Shown here: one piece after another, positions 17,597 to 27,305 of the stretch
Layout of the letters: each line of letters begins with the position of its first letter
How positions within the stretch are numbered: position 1 is the first letter of the stretch
Assembly (NCBI GenBank): GCA_964607485.1
Contig: CAZSKP010000003.1
Coordinates: 32,001 to 96,000, forward strand
DNA from: an uncultured bacterium
GTDB lineage: Bacteria; Abyssobacteria; SURF-5
DNA: 64,000 nt
Reading direction: 5' to 3'
Made by a program: the position numbers and the translations under genes
The notes under the pieces: generated by a model
The model's input: only the letters and a program-made list of their open reading frames with translations
The model's database searches: none
What the model was told of the DNA's origin: nothing

Positions 17597-18505
17597 ATGA
17601 AATTCGAACTTAGACCATTCAACCGTAACGCCTCTGTGGAAGATGCCATCAGCGATTTAAAGAGTGTGGCAGAGCGCCTTGGCAAGAGCACTTTGACAAA
17701 GCGAGAGTATGCCATGCATGGCAGGTTTAGTCCTGACACAGCCTTGCGCAGATGCGGGTCATGGTCTGAAGCGCTCAGAAGGGCAGGACTTCGGCCCAGC
17801 CGAAACTTTGGCGTTCCGAAAGAGACTTGCCTTAGAGACTTGAAGAGGGTCGCAAAAAAACTTAAGAAACCTTCCGTCACGACGGAAGAATACAGGAAGC
17901 TTGGCAATTTCAGCCTCGCACCATTTATTCGCCACTTCGGGAGCTGGTTTGCCACCCTTGATGCTGCGGGCCTTAAGAAAACTCGGAACCTTCATCTGAC
18001 GGAGGAAGACTATTTCGAGAATCTTGAAAAAATGTGGGTTCATCTTGGGCGACAACCTCATTACGGCGAGGTTCGGAAGCCCTTTTCTCGATACTCAGCA
18101 AAGGCATACACGAAGCGGTTTGGAACATGGCGGAATGCCCTTGAAGCCTTTGTTGCATTCGTGAATCGAGAACCCGACCAGGAAGGCCGACGCAGACCCC
18201 ATACAGCTTCCGTTGGTCAGGAAGAAGGGCAAGGGTTAAGGGTAAACCCGCAGATTCCATCGCCTGGTGAGTCCCGTCACATTTCGTGGCGAGATAGATT
18301 TCTCGTGATGCGCCGAGATGATTTCAAATGCCGGTGTTGTGGAAATAGTCCTGCCTTGACCCCAGGCCTGGTCCTTCACGTTGACCATGTCCACCCTTGG
18401 AGCAAAAGTGGATCAAAGGAGATAGACAATCTGCAGACACTTTGTGACCGATGCAACATAGGCAAGAGCGATCTTCCAATGACAGAAAAAGAAGACAGCC
18501 AATAA
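17597..18505 (+). CDS. HNH endonuclease with three N-terminal homing-endonuclease-associated repeats
   Basis: Three repeats of (D/N)L..V...L.K.....EY...G.(F/Y)S......(F/C)G(S/T)W..AL..AG, then RDDFKCRCCG...LHVDHVHPWSKSG....NLQTLCDRCNIGKS; visibly lower GC than its neighbours. Confidence 0.88.
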   Translation: MKFELRPFNRNASVEDAISDLKSVAERLGKSTLTKREYAMHGRFSPDTALRRCGSWSEALRRAGLRPSRNFGVPKETCLRDLKRVAKKLKKPSVTTEEYRKLGNFSLAPFIRHFGSWFATLDAAGLKKTRNLHLTEEDYFENLEKMWVHLGRQPHYGEVRKPFSRYSAKAYTKRFGTWRNALEAFVAFVNREPDQEGRRRPHTASVGQEEGQGLRVNPQIPSPGESRHISWRDRFLVMRRDDFKCRCCGNSPALTPGLVLHVDHVHPWSKSGSKEIDNLQTLCDRCNIGKSDLPMTEKEDSQ

Positions 18506-18617
18506 GGGCTGGATGGAGAGTTCAACAGACAGGATGAAAATTACGCGGCCAAAGGATGTTATGAAGAAACAAGATAGTGGCCATAGCCACTTCTAATAAC
18601 ACTCCTCGCCAACCACA

Positions 18618-19679
18618 TCAATACTTCCCGAATTTCTCTGTGGCTTGGATGAGGGCGTCGATGTTTTCGGGCGGGGTGCCACGGTCGATGACGCCGCCGC
18701 TGGAGAGCGCGAACCCGCCGCCTTTGGCGGCTCCCTCGATGCACCGGCGCGATTCTTCGAGCACTCGTTCGGGTCCCTCGCGCATCATCACCCCCACCGG
18801 CGCGACGTTGCCGATGAGCGACATGCGTCCGCCGATCGTGCGCTTCAGCTCGGCCATGTCGTGCATGAAGCCCATGTGGAACGACTTGCCGCCCGTCTCG
18901 GGCGCGAGGCCGGTGAGGTCGCGCATGTCGGAGTCGCAGTGATAGATGGTGAGCGCGTCGGAATGCGCCTCGAAGATGCGCGCGGTGTAGGGGATGAAGA
19001 ACTCCTTGAAAAGCGACGGCGACAGCAGGCCCGATATGTCGTCGCACAGGAACACCGCCGCCAGGCTGCCGAGCGTCTGCTTCTGCATGTCGAGATAGGC
19101 GAGCAGCGTGTCGGTGGCGATTTCGAGCAGGCGGTGGCATTTGTCGGGCTTCTCGAACATGTCGATCATCAGCTCGCTGATGCCGCGTATGAGCGCCGCC
19201 AGCACCACCGGCCCGCGCAGGCTGCCGAAGCCGACCGGCCCGCGCGGATTGCCGACGCCCATCTTTAGGCCCTGCTCCGTCGCCATGTCGTTCATCGCCT
19301 CGAAATATTCCATGATTCTCGGAAACAGGCCGTCGCGTTTTGTGTCGGGAACACTGAGTTTGTCCACCTCGTCGATGCTTTGCAGCGCCGGTTTCGTCCA
19401 AGGCGAATCGTCTTCCGGCCAGAATATCTCGCAGAACGCCGCCGCCTCAGTCACGACGCCGAAGTCGGTGTAGAGGGGAGTCAGTCCGCCGAAGCGCTCC
19501 TGCACCTTCGCCTGGCATTCGAGCATCTTCCGGGGGTCGTCGTGATATATGCGCTGCGGCACTCCTCCGTACTCGGCCATGAACCCGCTCTCGATGGGCA
19601 GAAACACGGGCACCTGGTCGGGCTGCTGGCCGTTTATCGCCTGAAAGAGCCTCATTGCATTCAGCATGGGGTCGATCAC
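18618..19679 (-). CDS. Uroporphyrinogen decarboxylase / MtaA-CmuA methyltransferase family protein
   Basis: PDQVPVF, FGVVTEAAAF, DDISGLLSP..FKEF..PY, YHCD, LIGNVAP, GGFALSSG...TPPENI; GTG 19679 follows RBS AAGGAG. Confidence 0.85.
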   Translation of the reverse strand: MIDPMLNAMRLFQAINGQQPDQVPVFLPIESGFMAEYGGVPQRIYHDDPRKMLECQAKVQERFGGLTPLYTDFGVVTEAAAFCEIFWPEDDSPWTKPALQSIDEVDKLSVPDTKRDGLFPRIMEYFEAMNDMATEQGLKMGVGNPRGPVGFGSLRGPVVLAALIRGISELMIDMFEKPDKCHRLLEIATDTLLAYLDMQKQTLGSLAAVFLCDDISGLLSPSLFKEFFIPYTARIFEAHSDALTIYHCDSDMRDLTGLAPETGGKSFHMGFMHDMAELKRTIGGRMSLIGNVAPVGVMMREGPERVLEESRRCIEGAAKGGGFALSSGGVIDRGTPPENIDALIQATEKFGKY

Positions 19680-19800
19680 TTTTCGCTCCTTATTTGAAGA
19701 ACGCGTTTCACCATTGCCGAATGAAGATAGCACATCGCGAGCACGATAGTCAAAGACAGAGTTTCCATTCTTTCGCATCGGGGTTTCAGCTCAATTGGAT

Positions 19801-19872
19801 GTCATGCTGAGCACAGCGAAGCATCTCGTTTTGCGCCAACGCAATGGGGATTCTTCGCTTCGCTCAGAATGA
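19801..19872. repeat. CGTC-type REP-like palindromic pair
   Basis: GTCATGCTGAGCACAGCGAAGCATCTC ... GATTCTTCGCTTCGCTCAGAATGA; same family as 15787-15883. Confidence 0.75.
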
Positions 19873-20066
19873 TTAAGTGCCTTTGCGGGTTGGTGATCCA
19901 AGACGTTAGAACTCTCTTGGGCAAACTCTTAGAGAAACTCTACGGTCAAGAGGCTGTATGCTGCGGAGCATTGTGACGAAGCGTGGCGCTGTGTTAGAAT
20001 AAAGAGGAACTGCGAAGCGTGCTGCCGCAAAGAGATCTTACTCTTCGCCGGCAGTGGAAGGAGCAC

Positions 20067-21479
20067 ATGGCCAAGAAATACGACGCCGTGATAGTTGGCG
20101 CAGGGCCCGCGGGGATGTTCGCCGCCCGCGAGCTGGCCCGCAATAAGCTGAAGACGCTCATCATCGACCGGGGCAAGGACACGAACGAACGCCGCTGCGA
20201 GATGGAATATGCGGGCGTCTGCCACAAGTGCGACCCGTGCAACGTCCTGTGCGGCGTCGGAGGCGCCGGGACGTTTTCCGACGGCACGCTAAATCTGCGG
20301 CCCGACGTCGGCGGCAATCTGCGCGATTACACGCGGGACGACGACGCGGCGTGGGCGCTCGTGGACGAGGTTGACAAGGCGTTCATACACTACGGCGTCC
20401 GCAACGAGCTGGCTGGCTCTTCGGATGCCGACGTGCAGCAACTGAAAATGCGCGCGGCGTCGGTTGGCGTGAGCTTCGTGGACATCCGACAGCGGCACAT
20501 CGGTTCCGACTTCACCCAGAAGGTCGTCAGCAATTTCAAACAAGACCTCGAGAAGGCGGGCGTCGAGTTTCTGCTGGAGGCAAAGGTGCGGAACATCCGG
20601 CTGAAGGACGGGGTCTGCTGCGGAGTGTTGCTGGAAAATGGCCGGCGGGTGAGCGCGGACAACGTGTTGCTTGCTCCGGGCCGCGTGGGTGCAAACTGGA
20701 TGAACAAGCTGGTCGATCTCAATAAAATAAAGGCCAGGTACGCGCCCATCGACGTCGGCGTCAGGATAGAGGTTCCCAGCATCGTCATGGAGTGGGTGAC
20801 CCGCATCAACCGCGACCCGAAATTCTACATCCGCACCTCACGGCACGACGACTCCGTGCGCACCTTCTGCGCGAACCGGCATGGATTCGTCGTCGAGGAA
20901 CGATACGACGACATAGTCGGCGTCAACGGACACTCATTCCGTGACAAAGATTCTCCCAACACAAACTTCGCGCTGCTCGTGACCATCAATCTGACCGAGC
21001 CGCTCGAGAACACGACCATCTACGGCGAGTGCATCGGCAGGCTGGCATACACGCTCGGCGGCGGCAAACCCATCGTTCAGCGGATGGGCGACCTCCGGCG
21101 CGGCCAGCGTTCCACCGCTCAACGGATCGCCCGAAACTCGGTGCATAACACGCTGAGGGACGTTACGCCGGGCGACATCGGCATGGCCCTGCCGCAGCGC
21201 ATCGTGGCCGATCTATTGGAGAGCCTCGAAACGCTGGACAGGATAATTCCGGGCGTCGCGTCCGATTCCACGCTTCTCTACGCGCCCGAAATCAAATTCT
21301 ACTCCATGAAAATTCAGGTGAGCCCCCGGCTCGAAACAAGCATTCCGCACCTGTTCGCGGCGGGCGACGGAACCGGGTTGTCGCGCGACATTGTCAACGC
21401 CTCGGCCACGGGCATCCTCGCGGGCAGGGGAATGCTCAAGAAAGGCGAGCGGGGCAAAGAATCCAAGCGTTCCACGTAA
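20067..21479 (+). CDS. FAD-dependent oxidoreductase (uncharacterised FAD-dependent dehydrogenase family)
   Basis: IVGAGPAG, CHKCDPCNVLCGVGGAGTFSDG, RHIGSD, VDVGVRIE-like DVGVRIE, RTFC, LYAPEIKFYS, GDGTGLSR; RBS AAGGAG. Confidence 0.88.
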   Translation: MAKKYDAVIVGAGPAGMFAARELARNKLKTLIIDRGKDTNERRCEMEYAGVCHKCDPCNVLCGVGGAGTFSDGTLNLRPDVGGNLRDYTRDDDAAWALVDEVDKAFIHYGVRNELAGSSDADVQQLKMRAASVGVSFVDIRQRHIGSDFTQKVVSNFKQDLEKAGVEFLLEAKVRNIRLKDGVCCGVLLENGRRVSADNVLLAPGRVGANWMNKLVDLNKIKARYAPIDVGVRIEVPSIVMEWVTRINRDPKFYIRTSRHDDSVRTFCANRHGFVVEERYDDIVGVNGHSFRDKDSPNTNFALLVTINLTEPLENTTIYGECIGRLAYTLGGGKPIVQRMGDLRRGQRSTAQRIARNSVHNTLRDVTPGDIGMALPQRIVADLLESLETLDRIIPGVASDSTLLYAPEIKFYSMKIQVSPRLETSIPHLFAAGDGTGLSRDIVNASATGILAGRGMLKKGERGKESKRST

Positions 21480-21676
21480 CCCATATCGCCCGGTTCCTCT
21501 CTGCACGTCCCGCTCAAACATCGAAACGGCTCTGCTTTCAAAAGTGTGCGGGAAAAGCGCCTTTTCGTTATGGGCGAGGCGTCTCTTCCCCCGAGGAGTC
21601 GCGTCAAGTTTTCCTGAAAGAAACCGAAGTTGTTGTCTCCTAAAGGATTGCGAGGGGCTCGTCGCGGGGCAGTCTT

Positions 21677-21714
21677 AGGCAAACTTCTTGCCCGTCGCTG
21701 GTATGAAACTTGCT
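21677..21714 (+). promoter_or_regulatory. Two tandem sigma54-type (-24/-12) promoter motifs upstream of HDOD gene 1
   Basis: AGGCAAACTTCTTGC (21677) and TGGTATGAAACTTGCT (21699), both GG-N10-GC. Confidence 0.55.
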
Positions 21715-21785
21715 TGCCTACATCCCGTAATGGCTTTCATACACCCTATTAGGGTGATTGTTTTCATACGAGGAGGAATGTCCGC

Positions 21786-22679
21786 CTGAGTTACACCAAA
21801 GATCAGATAAAGTCAACCGTCGAAAAGATTCAGAATCTGCCGACCCTGCCGAAGGTGGCTGTCAGGATACTCGAGATCGCGTCGGACCCGGATGTCTCGG
21901 TCAGGGAGGTGAGCAGTGCGATACATCAAGACCCGGCTCTCGCCGCCCGCGTGCTCAAGGTTGCGAATTCGCCGTTTTACGGCATGTCGCGCCAGGTCGA
22001 TTCGCTCCAGCTCGCGCTCGTGATTCTTGGGCTCAACGAAGTGCGAAACATAGCGCTCGGCATCACGATACTCAACGTCATGAAGGAATTGAAATCGAAC
22101 GTGAACTATGACAGGGAAGAGTTCTGGATTCACAGCACAGGGTGCGGCGTGGTCGCGAGGATTCTCGGCCGCAAGCTGAATTTCCGGGGAGAGGGAACGG
22201 ACTTCATTGCGGGCCTGTTGCACGACATCGGAAAGATAATCATCGACGAATATTTCAGCAGCAAGTTCGTCGCCATTTTCAACAAAACGTTCAAGCACAA
22301 GCCCCCCATGCTCGAGGCCGAGCGGGAAATACTCGGCGAATCGCACGAGCAAGTCGGCGGATGGCTCGCCGAGAAGTGGCGCCTGCCCGAGACCCTGTGC
22401 GACGCTATCGCGCATCATCACGATTTGCCGCTGATCGATGAGTGGAATACGGTCAAGAACCCGAAGCTGGTGTCGCTCGCGTACATAGCCGAGGCGTTTT
22501 GCGAACAGTATGGGATCGGCTGGGACGGCGATTCCGGATATTCCGACGTCAGGAACAGCGAGGCCTGGGATGTGCTCCTGGCGCAGCAGAACAAGTATGG
22601 TACGGAGAGCATCGACACCCTTCTCGCCGAGACCTTGGAGGCGTTCAACGAGGCCCGTCCGCACATCATGTGGTTATAG
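21786..22679 (+). CDS. HDOD domain protein, probable CTG start
   Basis: IQNLPTLP, DPALAARVLKVANSPFYG, FWIHS, AGLLHDIGK, LAEKWRLP, AIAHHH. The conserved N-terminus lies upstream of the track GTG at 21855. Confidence 0.88.
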   Translation: MSYTKDQIKSTVEKIQNLPTLPKVAVRILEIASDPDVSVREVSSAIHQDPALAARVLKVANSPFYGMSRQVDSLQLALVILGLNEVRNIALGITILNVMKELKSNVNYDREEFWIHSTGCGVVARILGRKLNFRGEGTDFIAGLLHDIGKIIIDEYFSSKFVAIFNKTFKHKPPMLEAEREILGESHEQVGGWLAEKWRLPETLCDAIAHHHDLPLIDEWNTVKNPKLVSLAYIAEAFCEQYGIGWDGDSGYSDVRNSEAWDVLLAQQNKYGTESIDTLLAETLEAFNEARPHIMWL

Positions 22680-22727
22680 ACGCAAGGCCGGCGGTCCTGC
22701 CTCTGAGCGCTTTCGCCGCGACACCCT

Positions 22728-23921
22728 TCAGATATCCCCGCCCAGATAGCTCAGCGCCACGGCTGCGTGCACCTTCACTCCCGCTTCCAATGCCGCCTCA
22801 TCAATGACACACACTGCGCTGTGTGAGGGGTGGGGCTCTCCCTCGGGCGGCTTCGCTCCGAGGAGGGCAAAGGCGCCCGGCACTTTTTCGAGGAAAAACG
22901 AGAAATCCTCCGACGGCATGCGAGGGCGGCCGAGGGGGCGGACGTTTTCCTTCCCAAGGATTCGGTCCGCCGCCGAACGCACCGTCTGCGTGAACTGGGG
23001 ATCGTTCAGCGTGGCCGGGTATCCGCGCGTGTAGTTGAAATCATACGTCGCGCCGAACGCGGCGGTGACGCCCCTGATGATTTCTTCCATCATGGACGGC
23101 AGCCTGTCGCGGAGGTCGGGGTCGAATGAGCGGACGGTGCCGGACATTTCGACACTGTCAGGAATGATGTTCACCGCCGTCCCGCCATGGATGGTGCAGA
23201 TGCTCACAACCACCGGCTCCGTCGCGTCTATCTGACGGCTCGCGAGCCCCTGAAGCGCCGTTATCACGTGGCCGGATATGAATATGGGGTCGGCGGATTT
23301 GTGGGGGACCGCGCCGTGGCCTCCCCTACCGACAATGGAAAGGGTGAACACATCGGCGCACGCCATCATCGGTCCTTCTCGAATCGAGAGAACGCCCGGA
23401 GGGGAAAGCGGGTCGATGTGGAGCGCGAATGCCGCCTCAATCCGAGGCTCCTCCCGCAGCACACCTTCCTCTATCATCCATCTCGCTCCCGCATATCCCT
23501 CTTCTCCCGGCTGGAAGATGAATTTCACGTTGCCCCGCACCCTGCCGCGGAGCTTCGCGAGCACCATCGCGGCGCCCAAGAGCATCGCCACATGGCCGTC
23601 GTGGTTGCAGGCGTGCATGACGCCGGGCACTCTTGACGCATAGGGCAGGCCCGTGTTCTCCGTGATGGGGAGTGCGTCCATATCGGCACGGAGCGCGATA
23701 GTGGGGCCGTCGGCGGAACCTCTCAGAAGCCCCACAACGCCCGTTGCCGCGGTGCGCCGGACATCGAGCCCCAGCCGTTGAAGCGCCGACGCGACTTTGT
23801 CGGAGGTGCGGAGTTCCTGGAAAGAGAGTTCAGGATGTGAATGGATGTCGCGGCGGATTTCCACGACATCGGGGAAAATGCGCCTGGCCTCTTCCGTTAT
23901 GAATTCTGCCGCCTTGCTCAT
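22728..23921 (-). CDS. M20 family amidohydrolase (aminoacylase/hippurate hydrolase-like)
   Basis: RRDIHSHPELSFQE, LRADMDAL, MHACNHDGH, FQPGEEG, GRGGHG, SEDF. Confidence 0.92.
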   Translation of the reverse strand: MSKAAEFITEEARRIFPDVVEIRRDIHSHPELSFQELRTSDKVASALQRLGLDVRRTAATGVVGLLRGSADGPTIALRADMDALPITENTGLPYASRVPGVMHACNHDGHVAMLLGAAMVLAKLRGRVRGNVKFIFQPGEEGYAGARWMIEEGVLREEPRIEAAFALHIDPLSPPGVLSIREGPMMACADVFTLSIVGRGGHGAVPHKSADPIFISGHVITALQGLASRQIDATEPVVVSICTIHGGTAVNIIPDSVEMSGTVRSFDPDLRDRLPSMMEEIIRGVTAAFGATYDFNYTRGYPATLNDPQFTQTVRSAADRILGKENVRPLGRPRMPSEDFSFFLEKVPGAFALLGAKPPEGEPHPSHSAVCVIDEAALEAGVKVHAAVALSYLGGDI

Positions 23922-23959
23922 GCCTGATTCCTGTGACGTAAGCCGCCGTGGCAAGCCCT

Positions 23960-23988
23960 ATTCTAAAGCGGAGTATTCGGAGTGTCAA
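23960..23988 (-). promoter_or_regulatory. sigma70 promoter of the M20 gene
   Basis: TTGACA-17nt-TAGAAT on the minus strand. Confidence 0.7.
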
Positions 23989-24190
23989 GGGCTCCGGCCC
24001 GAACCGCCGGTGTGGGGCATTTTGCGTGTCTTGAGGAACATTTTTTGTTAATTTTTTTGAATAATGCGGCCTTTGCCCCAACTCGGCAGCCATACGACAA
24101 TGAGGCGCTCAATGGCTAACCCTAAGCATTTCAATATGTTAAGAAAATCCGCCGATTTGCGTCGCTCCATTTTCCCCGGGCTGCAATTTG

Positions 24191-24205
24191 TGGCACGATA
24201 GTTGC
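24191..24205 (+). promoter_or_regulatory. sigma54 promoter of the HDOD-histidine kinase operon
   Basis: TGGCACGATAGTTGC matches the TGGCACG-N4-TTGC consensus; IHF-like TTTCAATATGTTA at 24129-24141 in the AT-rich upstream DNA. Confidence 0.78.
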
Positions 24206-24261
24206 CTTCTTCGTCTGGGCACTTCTGGGGGAACCGCATACTTCTCGAGGACGTATCCGCA

Positions 24262-25128
24262 ATGATCACGGATACTGGTGTTTTAAAAAAACTCGACAGA
24301 ATAAAAGAGCTTCCGACGCTTCCCGAGGTGATGCAGGACGTGCTCGCCGCGCTGGCGTCGGACCGCTCTTCGGCGGAGGAGCTGGCCGCCATCCTGTCAA
24401 AAGACCAGGCGTTGTGCTCGAAGGTGCTGAGAGTGGCGAATTCGGCCTTTTACGCACAGTGTCGGACGATCTTTGAGATAGGACATGCAATAGTAGTTTT
24501 GGGATTTGATTCAATCGCGCAACTGATGCTTGCCACCTCGGTGTTCAACCTGTTCGGCCGGATGCCCCTCCGCGGAGCGTTCGATGTGTATGGCTTTTGG
24601 AAACACTCGATAGCCACGGCGGCCGCCGGCAAGATGATTGCCGATACAATTGGCAAGTCGGCCGACGGCGCTCTGGTGTACACGGCAGGTCTGCTTCACG
24701 ACATCGGAAAGCTCGTCTTGATATGCTACTTGCCCGGCCGCTATGCGGCTGTGTTTGAAAAATTGAAATCAGAAGACCTGTTCCTGTACGAGGCCGAGAC
24801 GGCGGTGTTGGGCTTTAACCATTGCGACGCTTCTGAGTGGCTGTGCAACCGATGGCACTTTCCGAAGAGACTGGTGTGTGCGATTGCAAATCATCACGAT
24901 GAAATCTCTCACAACTCTCACACGGATGCGACGGCCGGCATAGTCCGCTTGGCCGACATCTTCTGCAATCGATTGCCGATAGGCAATAGCGGAAACACGA
25001 AGATGTATTCTCTCAATCCGGCGGAGCACCCCGTCGTCGGCCTCGACGACGGCGGTCTGTCTGAAATTGAAGGGAAGCTGGAGGAGAAGAGGGAAGAAAT
25101 TGATTTAATCACAGCGGCGATTACCTGA
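24262..25128 (+). CDS. HDOD domain protein
   Basis: IKELPTLP, DQALCSKVLRVANSAFY, FWKHS, AGLLHDIGK, WHFP, IANHH. Confidence 0.9.
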   Translation: MITDTGVLKKLDRIKELPTLPEVMQDVLAALASDRSSAEELAAILSKDQALCSKVLRVANSAFYAQCRTIFEIGHAIVVLGFDSIAQLMLATSVFNLFGRMPLRGAFDVYGFWKHSIATAAAGKMIADTIGKSADGALVYTAGLLHDIGKLVLICYLPGRYAAVFEKLKSEDLFLYEAETAVLGFNHCDASEWLCNRWHFPKRLVCAIANHHDEISHNSHTDATAGIVRLADIFCNRLPIGNSGNTKMYSLNPAEHPVVGLDDGGLSEIEGKLEEKREEIDLITAAIT

Positions 25129-25149
25129 AGAAGAGGTTACCCGCAGACT

Positions 25150-26913
25150 ATGAACGACAGATCGCAGGAAGATATCGAACGGCACGTGTACGCAGAGGCA
25201 CTTCGCAAGGCCACCCGCGATTACGAGGAGCTTGTGGCCGACCTATCGGTGCTGAGGCAGCTTAACGATTCCTTTCAGGCGGGCTTGAGTTTCGAGGATA
25301 TCTGTCACAAGCTCGTCCAGTTCGTGACGGAGACAATGAACGTTGAGAACGCGTCGTTCATGGTCATGGACCATGAAAAAGGAGAACTCAGGCTGCTGGT
25401 AGGCAAGAGCTTCTATGAGAATGAAGGCACGATTTTCTCCGGCCGCAAGTGGTCGGGAAAGGCGTTCAAGCTAGGCGAAGGCATAGCGGGCAAAGTCGCC
25501 GAAACCCGAAAGAGCGTCCTCATCAACGATACGGATAAAGACCCGGCCTTCGTCAAGACCCGCGGGCAGAAGGTGAGCGTCAGGTCCATCCTCAGCATCC
25601 CTCTCATCCACATCGACCGCCTGCACGGAGTTCTCAATCTGAGCAATTCCGAACCGGGAGCCTTCGATGCCAGGAAGGAACACGCGCTGAACATAATAGC
25701 TTCCACCGTCTCCTTGGCGCTCAGCCACGCTATCGTCGTGAAGGAACTCAAGCAGAACATCAGGGACTTGCAGGAAACCAAGCACAAGCTGATACAGTCC
25801 GACAAGCTGGCGTTGCTCGGAGAAATGCTCTCGGGAGTCGCCCATGAGATGAACAATCCGTTGGCGGCAATCATGGGATACGGCGAGCTCGTCTTGAAAG
25901 ACGAGTCGCTGTCGGAACAGAGCCGGAACATGATGACAAGGCTGATCCACTGCACGGAGCGTTCCAAGAAAATCGTGCAGGGACTGCTGTCGTTCTCCCG
26001 CAGGACGGTGCTGGAGAAACGAGAGGTTGACATCAACGAGATAATCGACCGGACTCTCGAGCGCAGGGCTTCCGACTTCGCAATCAATAACATCGAAATT
26101 GTAAGGGACTATGGAAACAAAGCCGTCACAATGACCGTCGACCCCAACCAGATGGAGCAGGTGTTCTTCAATATCATTAACAACGCTTTCGACTCGATTG
26201 CCGGCCGCGACACCGGAGGAAGATTGGAGATCAGGACCCGAACCACGCAGGATTTAACAATGCAAATCGAATTCATCGACAACGGCCCCGGAGTGACGGA
26301 GGAGCACAAGAGGAAACTCTTCGAACCCTTCTTCACGACAAAAGAGGTGGGCAAGGGAACGGGGCTGGGTCTGAGCATAAGCTACGGCATCATAGAGGAA
26401 CACGGGGGAAACCTCTGTCTCGACGAGAGCTATAACGATGGGGCGAAGTTTGTCATCACCCTGCCGATTGTCCACACCTGCCCGACGGCTGAAGAGCGAG
26501 GCGTACAGACCGAAACCGTCGAGCCCTCCGCGATGGCGGCAAAGATCCTCGTCGTGGACGACGAAGAAGCCATCGCAGATGTCATGCAGACGGCTTTGTC
26601 CGCAGACGGCTTCTCGGTTGACTGCGCATCAAGCGGAGAAAAAGCATACGAGATGCTCTCTCCCTTCACCTACGACCTCGTCATTGCCGACCTCAGGATG
26701 CCCGGTGCGATGGACGGCCGAGAACTCTTCCTCAAGCTTTCCGAAGAGAGCCCGGAAACGGCTGAGCGGTTTGTCTTCATCACGGGAGACATAATGCAAG
26801 ACGAGACGGCAAAGTTCCTGAAGGGAACCGGCAGGCCATTCCTCCTCAAACCATTCTCAATCAGAGACCTCCGGCTGGTCATCAACAGGACGCTGCGCCC
26901 ACCCGCCGCGTGA
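25150..26913 (+). CDS. Cytoplasmic GAF-sensor hybrid histidine kinase with C-terminal receiver
   Basis: GAF (FKLGEGIAGKVA), H-box GVAHEMNNPL, DNGPG, FFTTKEVGKGTGLGL, receiver ILVVDDE...DLRMPG...KPF. Confidence 0.93.
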   Translation: MNDRSQEDIERHVYAEALRKATRDYEELVADLSVLRQLNDSFQAGLSFEDICHKLVQFVTETMNVENASFMVMDHEKGELRLLVGKSFYENEGTIFSGRKWSGKAFKLGEGIAGKVAETRKSVLINDTDKDPAFVKTRGQKVSVRSILSIPLIHIDRLHGVLNLSNSEPGAFDARKEHALNIIASTVSLALSHAIVVKELKQNIRDLQETKHKLIQSDKLALLGEMLSGVAHEMNNPLAAIMGYGELVLKDESLSEQSRNMMTRLIHCTERSKKIVQGLLSFSRRTVLEKREVDINEIIDRTLERRASDFAINNIEIVRDYGNKAVTMTVDPNQMEQVFFNIINNAFDSIAGRDTGGRLEIRTRTTQDLTMQIEFIDNGPGVTEEHKRKLFEPFFTTKEVGKGTGLGLSISYGIIEEHGGNLCLDESYNDGAKFVITLPIVHTCPTAEERGVQTETVEPSAMAAKILVVDDEEAIADVMQTALSADGFSVDCASSGEKAYEMLSPFTYDLVIADLRMPGAMDGRELFLKLSEESPETAERFVFITGDIMQDETAKFLKGTGRPFLLKPFSIRDLRLVINRTLRPPAA

Positions 26914-27002
26914 TACGCGGCACGCATTATCAGGAAAATCCTCTGCGCCCCCCGGAGATGGGACGACAACAGCAAGAACGTGCAGCCGCAACCCTGGTCT
27001 TT

Positions 27003-27192
27003 GTGGCATGTAGCCCAAACGGCTCCTCACCCAACAGTGTTCCCCTGCCTTGCCATTGCGAGGAGCAAGGAGCTGCAAGCTCGGGCGACGAGGCAATCCC
27101 GATGGAAAGCGGGGAAACGTCTCCGAGATTGCTTCGGCCGAGTCTGTCGCTCTCGCTCGCAATGACTCCGAACCATTCGAGCAACGGGCCGC
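27003..27192. mobile_element. MITE-like repeat, copy 2, with a complete REP palindrome
   Basis: About 95 bp colinear with 10001-10095; inner GCCATTGCGAGGAG...GGCAATC and GATTGCTTCG...CTCGCAATGAC are inverted halves; degenerate terminal IRs. Confidence 0.6.
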
Positions 27193-27305
27193 CAGAGCAA
27201 CTGGAGACGCTTGACTTTATGGTTTGACGACATGTATCATTTTATGCGCTTAAGCTCTTCTGGTTGATTCGGCCATTTCCCCGCACCTTCTGGAGACGCC
27301 GCTTA

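Noticed and set aside
18495..18560. Possible integron attC site after the HNH gene
   Set aside because: No convincing RYYYAAC...GTTRRRY pair with internal palindrome, and no integron integrase in the window.
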